Below, one piece after another: positions 1 to 10,848 of a stretch of 64,000 nt of DNA (position 1 is the stretch's first letter; each line of letters starts with the position of its first letter). The notes below the pieces were generated by a model that made no database searches, had not been told where the DNA came from, and worked only from the letters and a program-made list of their open reading frames with translations. Location of the stretch: contig CAXXVO010000013.1 in assembly GCA_963422645.2 (NCBI GenBank), positions 32,001-96,000 on the forward strand. The letters run 5' to 3'. Position numbers and translations under genes: made by a program. The DNA is from Alphaproteobacteria bacterium (GTDB lineage Bacteria > Pseudomonadota > Alphaproteobacteria > UBA828).

Positions 1-152
1 GCCGCGCGCCCCTGCCATCGGCCCGCCCACGGCATGTCGTCGCCGCCCGGCATGTCGATCACCGCGTCGTCGGTGAACATGGCAACGATAGCGGCGGCGT
101 CCCCGCCCGCGAGCTGGTCGAGGAAGCCCTTCACGACATCTCTTGCGGACAT
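1..152 (-). CDS. SnoaL/NTF2-like protein, partial (runs off window start)
   Basis: Manual translation from ATG at 152 with upstream AAGGAG: MSARDVVKGFLDQLAGGDAAAIVAMFTDDAVIDMPGGDDMPWAGRWQGR, typical NTF2/SnoaL N-terminus. Confidence 0.75.
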   Translation of the reverse strand, partial: MSARDVVKGFLDQLAGGDAAAIVAMFTDDAVIDMPGGDDMPWAGRWQGRA

Positions 153-298
153 AGGCGTTGCTCCTTAGTCACGGGAGCGTGGGAGTTCGCACGCGGGCGG
201 TTCTGCATGTGTCTTAGCACCCTACGTGCTTCTTTGCGATGTATCGCGCCCGACGCGCGCGCGCGAACGCGCAGGAGTCGTCCCCGGAACCGGGTCCC

Positions 299-1471
299 GT
301 GAACGAAACGCAGCGTCTCCGCCATCCGGCGCTTCCGGCCTTGGCGGGCCTGCTGTCGCTGGCCGTCGGCATCGGCATCGGGCGCTTCGCCTATACGCCG
401 ATCCTGCCCTACATGAGCGCCGGCCTCGAGCTCACCAAGTCGGAAGCGGGCCTGATCGCCTCGGCCAACTACCTGGGCTATCTCCTGGGCGCGCTCGGGG
501 CGGCCTGGCGGGCGGTGCCGGGCGATCCACGCTTCTGGCTGCTGGGCGCTCTCGCGGTGAGCGGGCTCAGCACCGGTGCCATGGCGTTCACGACGAGCCT
601 CGGCGCGTTCCTGCTCCTGCGCTTCGTGGGCGGCGCCGCCGGCGCCCTGGTGATGGTGCTCGCCTCCTCGCTGGTGATGGACCGCCTCGCCACCGCCGGC
701 CGCGACGGCTGGGCGGCGGTGATGTACGCAGGCGTGGGCAGCGGCATCGCGATCTCGTCCCTGGCCGTTCCGGCGGCGGCGACCGGAGACGGCGACTGGC
801 AAAGCCCGTGGTTCTTCTGCGGCGCGCTCTGCGTTGCGCTTTCTGTTCCGGTCGCGCTGCTGCTGCCGCGGACGCAAGCGCCGACGCAGGCAGCGCCTCG
901 CGCCCGGGCCGTCACGAGAAGCGGCAGCTTCCTCCGACTGATCGTCGCCTACGGCCTGGTCGGCTTCGGCTACGTCATCACCGCCACTTTCGTCGCCGAC
1001 ATGGTGCGCGCCGATCCCGTGCTGCAGCCGGCGGAGCATCTGGTCTGGCTCTGCGTCGGGCTGACCGCGGCGCCCTCGGTAGCGCTCTGGGGCTGGGCCG
1101 GGCGGCGCTGGGGCAATGAGCACGCCTTCGCGGTCGGCTGCCTGATCGAGGCGGTGGGCGTTGCGCTCAGCGTGCTGGGCGGCGGCATCTGGCTGATCCT
1201 GCTCGCGGCCGGGCTGCTCGGCGGAACTTTTGTGGGGCTGACGGCGATCGGTCTGATCGAGGCCCGACACCGCTCGGCCGGCGACCCGCGCCGCAATCTG
1301 GCGCTGATGACCGCGGCCTGGGGGCTGGGCCAGATGGTGGGCCCGACCCTCGCGGGCGTGCTCTTCGATGCGCTTGGCGGCTACATGGTGCCGTCGCTGT
1401 TGGCCACAGCCGCGCTCGCTGTCGCCGCCGCGTTGGCCGCGAGTCTGTCGTGGCGCAAGAGCGCCGCGTGA
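299..1471 (+). CDS. YbfB/YjiJ-family MFS transporter
   Basis: GIGRFAYTPILP and ASANYLGYLLG motifs, many hydrophobic segments; ORF open from 239, GTG at 299 is a plausible start. Confidence 0.85.
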   Translation: MNETQRLRHPALPALAGLLSLAVGIGIGRFAYTPILPYMSAGLELTKSEAGLIASANYLGYLLGALGAAWRAVPGDPRFWLLGALAVSGLSTGAMAFTTSLGAFLLLRFVGGAAGALVMVLASSLVMDRLATAGRDGWAAVMYAGVGSGIAISSLAVPAAATGDGDWQSPWFFCGALCVALSVPVALLLPRTQAPTQAAPRARAVTRSGSFLRLIVAYGLVGFGYVITATFVADMVRADPVLQPAEHLVWLCVGLTAAPSVALWGWAGRRWGNEHAFAVGCLIEAVGVALSVLGGGIWLILLAAGLLGGTFVGLTAIGLIEARHRSAGDPRRNLALMTAAWGLGQMVGPTLAGVLFDALGGYMVPSLLATAALAVAAALAASLSWRKSAA

Positions 1472-1564
1472 ACGCGCGCGGCCGTCGGCCGGAAACGGCT
1501 GGACGGATCGCCTAATTGCTGGCTTGCTTCGCTTCGGCTCTCGACAACGAAGAGGACACATCCC

Positions 1565-2896
1565 GTGGCCCTAAGTGACGCGCGCGGCGTGGCGACATCG
1601 GCGACCAACCCCAAGAGCCTGGAGACTCTGGAAGCGGCGATACGACAGTTCCAGTGCTATCGCGGCGATGCGGTCGAGACCATCGACCGGGCGCTGGCAG
1701 ACGACGCGGACTTCGTGGCGGGGCATATCTTCCGCGCCGAGATGCACACCATGCTCTGGGAGAGGACCGTGCTCCCCGAAGTCGAGGCGGAGCTCGGCCG
1801 CCTGAATGAGCTCACAGGCAAGGCCACGGAGCGCGAACGGGCCCATATCGCGGCGATTGCGGATTGGGCCGCCGGCGACTGGGACGGGATGTCGGCACGG
1901 CTCGACCGGATCGTCGCCGACGAGCCGCGCGATGTGGTGGCGCTCCAGGTCGGCCATCTCTCCGACTTCTTCCTCGGCAACCGGGACAACCTGCGCGGCC
2001 GCGTCGCCCGCGCGCTCCCGGCCTACACCGGAGACGACCCCGGCTACGGCTTCCTGCTCGGCATGGCCGCATTCGGCCTGGAAGAATGCGGCGACTACGG
2101 CGCGGCGGAGGACGCCGGCCGGCAGGCCATCGACCTGGAACCGGACGACTGCTGGGCGCAGCATGCGCTCTGCCACATCATGGAGATGCAGGCACGGCAG
2201 GAGGAAGGCATCGCCTTCATGGAAGGGCGCCGGGCCCACTGGGCGCAGGACGACAATGGCTTCGCCTTTCATAACTGGTGGCACGTCTCCCTCTTCAACC
2301 TCGACAACGATCGCTTCGACCGCGCGCTCGAAATCTGCGACGCGGCGATCCGGCCCGGGTCTTCGGAGGTCCAGCTGGAGATGCTCGATGCGGCCGCATT
2401 GCTCTGGCGCCTCCGCCTGCGCGGGATCGACACGGGCGATCGCTATGAGAAGCTGGCCGCGACTTACGAGGCGTTGGCCGAGCACGGCTTCTACGCGTTC
2501 AACGACATGCACGCGATGATAGCCTACGTCGCCACCGGCCGGGACCAAGCCGCCGATTCGCTGGAGCGGGCGGCGGCAGAGGTGGCGCAGGGCACGGGCA
2601 GCAACGCCCGCATGACCCGCGAGGTGGGGCTCCCCATCGTGCGTGCGATCCGCGCCTTCGGCGCCGAGCGCTATGGCGAGACGGTGGACCTGCTGATGCC
2701 CGTGCGCTACCGCGCGCAGGCCTTCGGCGGCAGCCACGCCCAGCGCGACATCGTCCACCGCACGCTGATCGAGGCGGCGATTCGCGCAGGCCAGCACGGC
2801 CTCGCGCAAGCGCTCGCGAACGAGCGCATGTCGTTGAAGCCGGACTGCCCCTTCAGCCGCTCACTTGGAGAGCGCGCCAGAGCGTTGACGAATTGA
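1565..2896 (+). CDS. TTC38-like tetratricopeptide repeat protein
   Basis: 443 aa; GMAAFGLEE, DCWAQHALCH, HNWWH and GGSHAQRD motifs of the TTC38 family; RBS GAGGA. Confidence 0.8.
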   Translation: MALSDARGVATSATNPKSLETLEAAIRQFQCYRGDAVETIDRALADDADFVAGHIFRAEMHTMLWERTVLPEVEAELGRLNELTGKATERERAHIAAIADWAAGDWDGMSARLDRIVADEPRDVVALQVGHLSDFFLGNRDNLRGRVARALPAYTGDDPGYGFLLGMAAFGLEECGDYGAAEDAGRQAIDLEPDDCWAQHALCHIMEMQARQEEGIAFMEGRRAHWAQDDNGFAFHNWWHVSLFNLDNDRFDRALEICDAAIRPGSSEVQLEMLDAAALLWRLRLRGIDTGDRYEKLAATYEALAEHGFYAFNDMHAMIAYVATGRDQAADSLERAAAEVAQGTGSNARMTREVGLPIVRAIRAFGAERYGETVDLLMPVRYRAQAFGGSHAQRDIVHRTLIEAAIRAGQHGLAQALANERMSLKPDCPFSRSLGERARALTN

Positions 2897-3082
2897 CGCG
2901 GTGACCGACCTCACCGGCTCGCGGCAGTCCCAACGACAACCCTCTCCCCCTGTGTACGCCTCTAAGTGCATCGTCGATGCTAATACACTGAAGTAGCGGT
3001 TCTATTTCCTCTTGTTGGGCCGAAAGATGCGGAATCGGTCCGCGTTTTCTCTCCGGCTGCAACAAATCGCAGGAGGAATTTC

Positions 3083-3315
3083 ATGCCAACGCTTCGCCTC
3101 GTCGAACGCCGTATCCTCGCGCTTAAGCCTCGCAAGTCTGCCTGCGACATCCGCGGCCGCGAGACTCCGCCGGCTGGGCGAGGTGCCGGCACGCCATGAG
3201 CCCGATCAGCCACAGGTCGTGGCGATCATACGCCGACACTTGCTCACCGGATGCCGCAAGAGCGAGATTGTAACCTCAAAGACGTATGCTCAACGTATGC
3301 TCAACCTTGCGAGAA
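3083..3315 (+). pseudogene. Heavily deleted tyrosine integrase remnant
   Basis: AGGAGG RBS then MPTLRLVERRILALKPRKSACDIR (Arm-binding-like N-terminus), LLTGCRKSEI (catalytic Arg box) and a TYAQ..LAR segment resembling the YAHL tyrosine motif, in broken frames. Confidence 0.6.
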
Positions 3316-3383
3316 GACATCGGCGGACGAGTCGCATGACCACCAATGTGCCCGAATGAATCGCTCCTAGTCAGCGGCATCGG

Positions 3384-4028
3384 ATGACCCTCTCATATAC
3401 GTCAGGCGAGAAGATCGCGGACACGGCGGTCCATGCGGTCGGCATCGCTGCAAGCATCGCGGGACTGACGATGCTGGTGATCGTCGGAAGCCGCTACGCC
3501 GGCGCCCTCCCCGTCACGACCTATGCGATCTACGGCGGCTCGGTGCTCCTGATGATCACCATCTCGGGCCTCTACCATTGGATCACCCACGCGCCGGTCA
3601 AGTCTGTGTTCCGCGTGATGGATCACTGCGCGATCTACTTGCTCATTGCCGGTACATACACTCCGGTGACGCTGCTCAGCATACGAGGAGCCTGGGGCTG
3701 GACTCTGTTCGGCGTCGTATGGGGTATCGCCATCGCCGGCGTACTGGTGAAGACGCTTCTCGTCGGCCGCTTCGAGCGCTTGTCCATCGGCCTCTACGTT
3801 CTGCTCGGCTGGGTCGGCCTGATCGGCCTGGGCCCGTTGATTGAGCATCTCTCATGGCCCGCCCTTGCGCTATTCGGCAGCGGCGGCTTGCTGTTCAGTG
3901 TCGGAGTACTGGTATTTTATAGGTGGCACAGGCTTCCCTATCACAATCTCCTCTGGCATCTCTTTGTCCTGGCGGGCGCGATGACGCACTACTTTGCGAT
4001 CATCTATTTTGTGCACCCCGTGATCTGA
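3384..4028 (+). CDS. Hemolysin III / PAQR family membrane protein
   Basis: SGLYH, DHCAIYLLIAGTYTP and HNLLWHLFVL motifs. Confidence 0.9.
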   Translation: MTLSYTSGEKIADTAVHAVGIAASIAGLTMLVIVGSRYAGALPVTTYAIYGGSVLLMITISGLYHWITHAPVKSVFRVMDHCAIYLLIAGTYTPVTLLSIRGAWGWTLFGVVWGIAIAGVLVKTLLVGRFERLSIGLYVLLGWVGLIGLGPLIEHLSWPALALFGSGGLLFSVGVLVFYRWHRLPYHNLLWHLFVLAGAMTHYFAIIYFVHPVI

Positions 4029-4134
4029 ATGCTGGTGCGCGGAATACCTCTAATCCCTCAACTGAGGTGGCCCCGGAAAATCGGACAGGTCGCTCAGGAG
4101 TATTCCACCCTCTGACGGCGTGGGCGCGGGCGGA

Positions 4135-5838
4135 TCATGGCGACAGGCGCATCCCGTCGGCGATCTTCTCGGCGATGGCGATTGTCGTGAGGTTCGTGTT
4201 GGCGCGCGGGATGGTCGGCATCACCGACGCATCCACGACCCTGAGGCCCTGTACGCCGCGTACGCGGCATTCGCCGTCGAGCACCGCCAGCGGGTCGGCG
4301 TCCGGGCCCATGCGGCAGGTTCCGCACACGTGCCAGCCGGGCCAGACGGCGCTCTTGATCCAGTCCGCAAGCGCGCTCTCGTCCTTGACCAGGCGATGTA
4401 CATCCCGGCCGCCGGTGAGCTTGCGCCTGAGCAGTATCCGGCCCGGCCCGCCGAGATCGAGAAGCGTGCGTGCTGCGGCGGTCTTCAGCCATGTCCCCGC
4501 CGAAGGCACCATCAACCGGCGGACGGCGTCCGAGTAGCCTGCGAGGAACCACATCGTCACCTGATCCCGGACGGCGCCGGATTCCATGATGGCGTAGAGG
4601 CGGCGGAAGCCGTCGACCAGGCGCACGAGATCGCGCTCGTCCGAGAGCATGTTGAGATCGACGCGTGGCTCGTCGTGCGGCGAGGGCGTGTGAAGGCGCA
4701 CCGTGCCCCGCGAGTAGGACTTGTTGACCGCCAGGAGCATCGTGCCCATCGCCTGGCCGAGCGGATGCCAGCCCGCGGAGTTGGTCGGCATCAAGAGCAT
4801 GTCCCCCGGCGAGCATCCCTGCAGACCGGAGGAAAAACGCGCGCCGAAATAGATGTGGCGGCGCTGCCCGGCAGGCACGCGCGCGCCCGGCTTGAGATGG
4901 GCCGCGGCGCTGACGCTCGCGTGCTCCAGGAGATTGCTGCCGACGCCGGGCAGGTCGGCCACGACCTCGATGCCGTGCGAGCGCAGGTGCTCCGCCGGGC
5001 CGATACCCGCGCGGAGAAGGAGGGCCGGCGAATGAAGCGCGCCGGCGGAGATGATCGTCTCCCGCGCGTCGAAACGGACAGTCTTCCCGTCCCTCACCGC
5101 TTCGACCCCCCGCGCCAGCCCGTCCTCGACGAGGATTCGGGTCACCAGGGTCTCGGCGTGAATGGCAAGATTGCGGCGGCGGCGCGTTGCGGCGTCGAGA
5201 TAGCCGATCGCCGTGGAGACCCGGCGGCCGTACTGGTTGGAGAGCGGAACCGGATAGCAGCCGTCGGCGTCGTCGCCGTTAACATCCTGGGCGAGGGGAA
5301 GGCCGCCCTCCTGCATGGCGGCGAGCGCGGCGCGGCTGAACCCGCCCCAGTCCTTGGGAAACAGGCGGCGCACCGGGATGCGCCCGGCGCTGCCATGGCC
5401 CTCGCCGCTGAAATCCTGATCCCGTTCCAGCTTGTTGAGGTAAGGGAGGAGCCCCGCATGGGACCAGCCCTTGAGCCCCATCTCTTCCCACTCGTCGTAG
5501 TCGCCCTTCATCCCGCGCACGGCGAACTGGCCGTTGATGGACGAGCCGCCGCCCATGACGCGGGCCTGCTCGAAGCGGCTCGGCTTCACGGAAGGATCGG
5601 TTTCGGGCGAGCGGTTGTAGACGCGGAGCTCCGGCCAGTGAAAACGCGGATCGAAGTAGGCGCGCCCCGGATAGCTGTCGAGGATGATGTCGGGCACCTG
5701 CTCGGGCGGCGTGTCGGGCCCCGCTTCGAGAAGGGCCACACGCTTCGCGGGGTCGGCGGAAAGGCGGTGGGCCAGCACCGCGCCCGCCGAGCCGCCGCCC
5801 ACGATGATGGTGTCGAATGCTTCGCCCACTTGCCGCAC
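4135..5838 (-). CDS. GMC family FAD oxidoreductase (choline dehydrogenase-like)
   Basis: GGGSAG FAD motif, GGGSSING, WHVCGTCRMG, LRVVDASVMP..ANTN. Confidence 0.9.
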   Translation of the reverse strand: MRQVGEAFDTIIVGGGSAGAVLAHRLSADPAKRVALLEAGPDTPPEQVPDIILDSYPGRAYFDPRFHWPELRVYNRSPETDPSVKPSRFEQARVMGGGSSINGQFAVRGMKGDYDEWEEMGLKGWSHAGLLPYLNKLERDQDFSGEGHGSAGRIPVRRLFPKDWGGFSRAALAAMQEGGLPLAQDVNGDDADGCYPVPLSNQYGRRVSTAIGYLDAATRRRRNLAIHAETLVTRILVEDGLARGVEAVRDGKTVRFDARETIISAGALHSPALLLRAGIGPAEHLRSHGIEVVADLPGVGSNLLEHASVSAAAHLKPGARVPAGQRRHIYFGARFSSGLQGCSPGDMLLMPTNSAGWHPLGQAMGTMLLAVNKSYSRGTVRLHTPSPHDEPRVDLNMLSDERDLVRLVDGFRRLYAIMESGAVRDQVTMWFLAGYSDAVRRLMVPSAGTWLKTAAARTLLDLGGPGRILLRRKLTGGRDVHRLVKDESALADWIKSAVWPGWHVCGTCRMGPDADPLAVLDGECRVRGVQGLRVVDASVMPTIPRANTNLTTIAIAEKIADGMRLSP

Positions 5839-5947
5839 TCCGAAAACACCCTGGCGGCGCGCCCGACGTCACGTCGAAACGGACCGCGCCATCGGGCTAG
5901 TGTAACGTTCGGCGTGCGCCGTCAAGGTCGTTCACGGCAGGAATTTC

Positions 5948-7213
5948 ATGGCAGCACGAAGAGTCGCGGTCATCGGTGCCGGCGTTGTCGGAACCGTCGC
6001 CGCGTGTTTCCTGAAACGCGAGGGCCACGAGGTCACGCTCTACGACCGTGACGCGCCGGGCTCCGGCGCCTCCTTCGGCAACTCCGGGGTGATATCGCCC
6101 GCCGCCGTGATGCCCGTGGCGACGCCGGGTCTCCTCAGGAAGGTTCCCCGCTGGCTGCTCGACGAGACCGGCCCGCTCTATCTCGATTGGCGCGAGCTGC
6201 CGCGCCTCGTGCCCTGGCTCATCGCCTTCCTGCGCGCGGGCCGCGAAGACAGGGTGCGGGCGATTTCGGCAGCTCTGGCGACACTCAACGGCCCGACTCT
6301 CGATCTGCTCATGCCGCTCCTACACGAAGCCGGCCTCGATGCGCTGGTCCAAAGGAAGGGCATGCTCTACGTCGACCCGATCGGGCAGGAGGGCGTTCGC
6401 GAGAGCCTCTCCGTCTCGCTGCAGCGGGCGGCGGGATACAGGGTCGAGGAGCTCGACGCCGGCGGCCTCCGGGATCTGGAGCCGGCGCTGGCGCCGGGGT
6501 TCGCTTCAGGTGTCTATGTGCCGGCGGCTGCGCATACCGTCGACCCGCACCGCCTCGTCACCGGACTGGCCGAGCATTTCGAGCGCCAAGGCGGGGCGTT
6601 TACACGCGGGCGCGTCGACCGCATCGTGGCGAGGGCCAGAGATCGCGCCGCGGTCGATGTCGGCGGCGAAATCCGCGACTACGACGCCGTCGTCGTGGCC
6701 GCGGGCGTCTGGTCCAAGCCGCTGGTTGCGGGGCTTGGCTATCGCGTTCCTCTCGTGGCGCAGCGCGGCTACCACGTGACCTTCACCAACCCCGGTGTCG
6801 TTCTCAGCAGGGTGGTCCTGCCGGTGGCACTGCCTGCCACCATCGTACCCATGGCGATGGGTATCCGGATCGGCGGCACCGTGGAGTTCGCGCGGGAGAA
6901 CCGGCCCGCCAACCAGAGGCGCGCAGACGCGCTCTGCCGCCACGCCAAGACGACACTTCCCGCGCTTCGCATCGACGAGCGCACGACCTGGATGGGCGAG
7001 CGGCCATGCACGCCGGACAGCCTGCCCGTGCTCGGCCGGGCGCCGCGCCATCCGGCGGTCCTGTTCGCCTTCGGCCATGGGCACCAGGGGGTCATCGGCG
7101 CCGCGAAGACCGCCGAGGTGATTGCCGATCTCGTCGCGGAGCGGGCGCCGAGCCTCGATCTCGCGCCCTTCGATGTGGGGCGGTTCAGGCTGCTAGAGCG
7201 CGTCCGTCGTTGA
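5948..7213 (+). CDS. FAD-dependent D-amino acid dehydrogenase (DadA family)
   Basis: GAGVVG, ASFGNSG, QRGYH, WMGERPCTPDSLP, FGHGHQG. Confidence 0.85.
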   Translation: MAARRVAVIGAGVVGTVAACFLKREGHEVTLYDRDAPGSGASFGNSGVISPAAVMPVATPGLLRKVPRWLLDETGPLYLDWRELPRLVPWLIAFLRAGREDRVRAISAALATLNGPTLDLLMPLLHEAGLDALVQRKGMLYVDPIGQEGVRESLSVSLQRAAGYRVEELDAGGLRDLEPALAPGFASGVYVPAAAHTVDPHRLVTGLAEHFERQGGAFTRGRVDRIVARARDRAAVDVGGEIRDYDAVVVAAGVWSKPLVAGLGYRVPLVAQRGYHVTFTNPGVVLSRVVLPVALPATIVPMAMGIRIGGTVEFARENRPANQRRADALCRHAKTTLPALRIDERTTWMGERPCTPDSLPVLGRAPRHPAVLFAFGHGHQGVIGAAKTAEVIADLVAERAPSLDLAPFDVGRFRLLERVRR

Positions 7214-7337
7214 CGAAAACGCTCCAGCATTTTGTCGCTCACGGCAGCCGGCCTCCGGCCGGCGCCTCCGCGAGGGCGCCGCAGGGCGGCGGGCCGCAGT
7301 CGCGGCCTGTCGCGCGTCCGTCAAAGACGGACGCGCT

Positions 7338-9257
7338 CTACCGCGCCTCCGGTGAAAGGCCGAGCTTGAGCGCGGGCGGCATGGTCTCCCACACCAGCTC
7401 GTCCCCCTCGCGATACCGCTGCTTCCAGTAGTCCCCCTCCCCGGCCTGCAGCGGCAGCCATAGCGGCTGCTCTGCGCCGGCGCGCAGATGGCTCCGAAGG
7501 GCCTCGGTCTCGCGCTCGTCGACCTCCAGCGTGCCCGGGTCGATCACGACGCCGAACCGCTCGCGCGCCGCCGCGACAGTCGCGAGCTCGTCCCGGACCA
7601 TCTCCTGCACCGATGAGGCGGGCCGGGCCAAGGGGTCGCCGTAGCCGCCGCCGCCCGTGGTGACGGTGACGTAGCGCTCGCCCTCGTGGATCACGTCGGG
7701 GTCGGGATGGCACATGTAGAAGCGGCGGGTTCCGTCCGCGCTCTCCTTGTACTTGCAGCCCCCGTTGCCGGGCAGTCCGCCGAACAGGCCGAAGGGCGGG
7801 TTGAAGGTGCCCTCGTACTCGAACTTCATGTAGAGGATGCCGTCGATCGGCCTCACGCTGGTCTCGATCCCGTGACCGCCGATCCAGGTGCCGGCGCCGG
7901 CGCTGTCGGCCAGGAACTCGTTGTATTCCACGAAGAGCGGCTGGAGCAGCTCGACCATCTCGACCGACTCCGTCTGCATGCCGCCCAGGCAGCAGACGCA
8001 CTGCGTGAGCGGCCAGCCGTCGGCGCCGCTGCAGGCCCCGCCGCCGGAGGCCGCAACGAAGATCGACGCGGCAAAGGGCACGGATGGCGTCACGCGGTTG
8101 TCGTCGCCCATGGAGAGCCGCTGCTGGCAGCGCCCCCAGCCCGCCGGCACGCGATCCGGCGCGGCCTGGGCCAGCGCCTTCCAGGCCGCTTCGATCAGGA
8201 TGTCGCCCGGATTGACGGTGCCCCACCAGGTGCTCGCGGGCCAGCGGGCGTTCGCCACCGAGCCCTCGGGCGCCGTGACGAGGATGTGGCGCGTGCAGCC
8301 CTCGTTGCGCGGGATGGTGGGGTCGATGATGGTGAGCACGGGAATGCTGCCGCAGGCCTGCATGGTCGCGATGGTCGCATTGCAGTGCCCCCCGGCCTGG
8401 GGATCGCTGCCCGTGTAGTCGACGTGGATCGTGTCGTCGTCGATGGTCACGGTGCACGCGATGCGGATGTTGTGCGTGCCCTGCCCGTCGCTGTCGATCC
8501 AGGATTCGCCTTCATAGACGCCGTCCGGGAGCGCGCGGATCTCCGCAGCCGTGCGCCGCTCGGCATAGGCGATCATCTCGGCAAGCGTCGGCACGACGAC
8601 ATCGACGCCGTGGGTCCCGGTCATGTCCTGGAGCCGGTCTGCTCCGGCACGAACCGCACCCACCATGGCCCTGAGGTCGGCTTCGAGCCATTCGGGAAGT
8701 CGGACATTGCGCAGGTAGAAACGGATCGTGCTGCGAATCTCGCGGCCGCGCTCGAAGATGCGCACAGGCGGAATCTGGATTCCGTCCTGCCACACGTTGG
8801 TCGAGGCGTAACCGAAGGAGGCTTCGCCGGTATTGTTCTGGTGAGCGCGCACCGCGGTCCAGAACAGGTGCTCGCCCTCGAAAAACACGGGCATGACGAC
8901 GGTCAGATCGGAGTTGTGGGTCGTCCCCATGTAGGGGTCGTTGATCATGAAGATATCGCCGTCGTTGACGTCGTCCTCGAACTCCTCCTTGATCGCCACG
9001 ATGTTGAGCGCGCCGCCGATGGTATGAATCGGCAGCGCGTCGTTCTGATACAGCATCTCGGCGGCGGCGGTGTAGATCGAGGCCGAGTGGTCGCGCGCGA
9101 TCGAGATGATGGTGCTGCGCGCGCCATGCTGGAGCACGGTCGTCATCTCGCTCGACGCCTCGCCGATGGCGTGGAGCAGGACGGAGAAGGTGACCGGGTC
9201 CACGCCCGGACTCATGGCCTGGGACCCGAGCGCGAGCGAGGTGTCGCGTGGCTGCAT
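7338..9257 (-). CDS. Hydantoinase B/oxoprolinase family subunit (copy 2)
   Basis: DPVTFSVL, INDPYMGTTHNSD, DGIQIPP, TGGGGYGDPL motifs. Confidence 0.9.
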   Translation of the reverse strand: MQPRDTSLALGSQAMSPGVDPVTFSVLLHAIGEASSEMTTVLQHGARSTIISIARDHSASIYTAAAEMLYQNDALPIHTIGGALNIVAIKEEFEDDVNDGDIFMINDPYMGTTHNSDLTVVMPVFFEGEHLFWTAVRAHQNNTGEASFGYASTNVWQDGIQIPPVRIFERGREIRSTIRFYLRNVRLPEWLEADLRAMVGAVRAGADRLQDMTGTHGVDVVVPTLAEMIAYAERRTAAEIRALPDGVYEGESWIDSDGQGTHNIRIACTVTIDDDTIHVDYTGSDPQAGGHCNATIATMQACGSIPVLTIIDPTIPRNEGCTRHILVTAPEGSVANARWPASTWWGTVNPGDILIEAAWKALAQAAPDRVPAGWGRCQQRLSMGDDNRVTPSVPFAASIFVAASGGGACSGADGWPLTQCVCCLGGMQTESVEMVELLQPLFVEYNEFLADSAGAGTWIGGHGIETSVRPIDGILYMKFEYEGTFNPPFGLFGGLPGNGGCKYKESADGTRRFYMCHPDPDVIHEGERYVTVTTGGGGYGDPLARPASSVQEMVRDELATVAAARERFGVVIDPGTLEVDERETEALRSHLRAGAEQPLWLPLQAGEGDYWKQRYREGDELVWETMPPALKLGLSPEAR

Positions 9258-9275
9258 GGGCGCGCGTTGTCCGGC

Positions 9276-10052
9276 TCAGTGCAGCCGGGCCAGGTCCTCG
9301 ACCGATTCCTCCCCCGGCTGCTTGCCGAGGATGATCATGGAGAGCACCTGATCCTTGGTGACCTCGTCGGTGCGCCGCGTGCCCACCTCGCGGCCGCCGG
9401 ACATGACGAAGATGCGATCCGAGATATCGAAGACGTCGTGCAGATCGTGGCTGATCATGAACATGCCGATGCCTTCCTGCTTGAGCCGCAGGACCAGCTC
9501 CTTGAACGCCGCCGATTCGCGCAGGCCCAGCGCGGCCGTGGGCTCGTCCATGATCAAGACCCTGGCGTTGAAGTAGACCGCCCGCGCAATGGCGATGGTC
9601 TGACGCTGCCCGCCCGAAAGATTGAGCACGGGCGTTCCGAGGTTGGCGAACTGCGGGTTGATCCTCGCGATCACTTCGCGCGTCGCCTCGGCCATGGCCT
9701 TGTTGTCGAGCTTGCCGTATGGCGTCGTGATCTCCCGCCCGAGAAACAGATTGGCAGCGGCGTCGAGATTGTCGGCGAGCGCGAGGTTCTGGTAGAGGGT
9801 CTCGATCCCGAGCGCGCGCGCGACACGCGGATTGTCGATCGCGACCGGCTCGCCACGCATCAGAATGCTGCCGCTGTCCATGTTATGGGCGCCGGAAAGT
9901 ATCTTGATCAGGGTGGACTTGCCGGCGCCGTTGTGGCCAACGATGCCCAGCACCTCGCCCGCGCCCACGTGGACCGTCACGTCCTCCACCGCGTGCACGC
10001 CACCGAACGCCTTGGAGACGTTCTTCATCTCAACGAGCGGTGTGTCCACCAT
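9276..10052 (-). CDS. Sugar-type ABC transporter ATP-binding protein
   Basis: [23 protein letters not shown]. Confidence 0.92.
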   Translation of the reverse strand: MVDTPLVEMKNVSKAFGGVHAVEDVTVHVGAGEVLGIVGHNGAGKSTLIKILSGAHNMDSGSILMRGEPVAIDNPRVARALGIETLYQNLALADNLDAAANLFLGREITTPYGKLDNKAMAEATREVIARINPQFANLGTPVLNLSGGQRQTIAIARAVYFNARVLIMDEPTAALGLRESAAFKELVLRLKQEGIGMFMISHDLHDVFDISDRIFVMSGGREVGTRRTDEVTKDQVLSMIILGKQPGEESVEDLARLH

Positions 10053-10105
10053 GGCTGGCCTCTCTTGCCTCTCTTATGCGGTCGTTTCGCGAAGGTCTCC
10101 CGGCA

Positions 10106-10813
10106 TCACTCCCGAATCTCCGTCGAGCGCTGCCAAGCGTCCTTGATCATCTCCACCGTGGCATCGGGGCGCCGCGCGGCCTCCAGTATAACCGCCTCCT
10201 TCCGCACCATGAGGTCGAGCTTGCCGAGCACGCCGCGCACAGCGTCGAGCGGAACCACGACGGCACCGTGCCGGTCGGCGTGCATCAGGTCGCCGTCCTG
10301 AACCACCATGCCGTGCACGTTGACCTCGCAGCCCCACTGCGCGACGTGAACGAACGCGTGGGAGGGCGCGATCAGGCCGGTCAGGACCTGGAAGTCGGGC
10401 GCCAGCATGTCGATGTCGCGGACGCTGCCGTTCGTCACCACGCCGCGGCACCCCAGCGCCTTGTGCACCGCACTGAAGACCTCGCCCCAGAACGCGCCGT
10501 AGCCGGGCCGCTCGTCGGTGTCCTGCACCACGCTGATTTTCGGCACCTCGCCCTCGGCCAGATAGTCGAAATAGCCCGCGCGGATCTCCATGTATTCCGC
10601 CGGGCTCCAGCGCGCGGGGTTCTTGGCCCGCATGGTGGCGGTCTTGGCGAAACCCACGATCGGCTTCATGTCGGGGTAGAGGCAATGGAGATGCTCGACC
10701 GTGTAGCCGTATCCGCGACGTTCCGGCACCACCATTTCGAGCAGGTTGCAGATGGTCGGGGTATCGATGTCGCGGAGCGCCTCGATCTCCGCAGCGGTGG
10801 GAACTTCGCTCAT
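10106..10813 (-). CDS. RraA/HMG-aldolase family protein
   Basis: DTPTICN, AFWGE, GVVTNGSVRD, GDLMHADRHG. Confidence 0.85.
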   Translation of the reverse strand: MSEVPTAAEIEALRDIDTPTICNLLEMVVPERRGYGYTVEHLHCLYPDMKPIVGFAKTATMRAKNPARWSPAEYMEIRAGYFDYLAEGEVPKISVVQDTDERPGYGAFWGEVFSAVHKALGCRGVVTNGSVRDIDMLAPDFQVLTGLIAPSHAFVHVAQWGCEVNVHGMVVQDGDLMHADRHGAVVVPLDAVRGVLGKLDLMVRKEAVILEAARRPDATVEMIKDAWQRSTEIRE

Positions 10814-10848
10814 TCAACTCCCTTTCGGTTCGCGGTGAACGGGCGGGT

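Noticed and set aside
7686-10301. Very long ORFs such as 7686-10301 (871 aa), 4120-6051, 54358-56700 and 57159-59099
   Set aside because: Antisense or alternate-frame shadows of well-supported genes in high-GC DNA; no recognisable motifs
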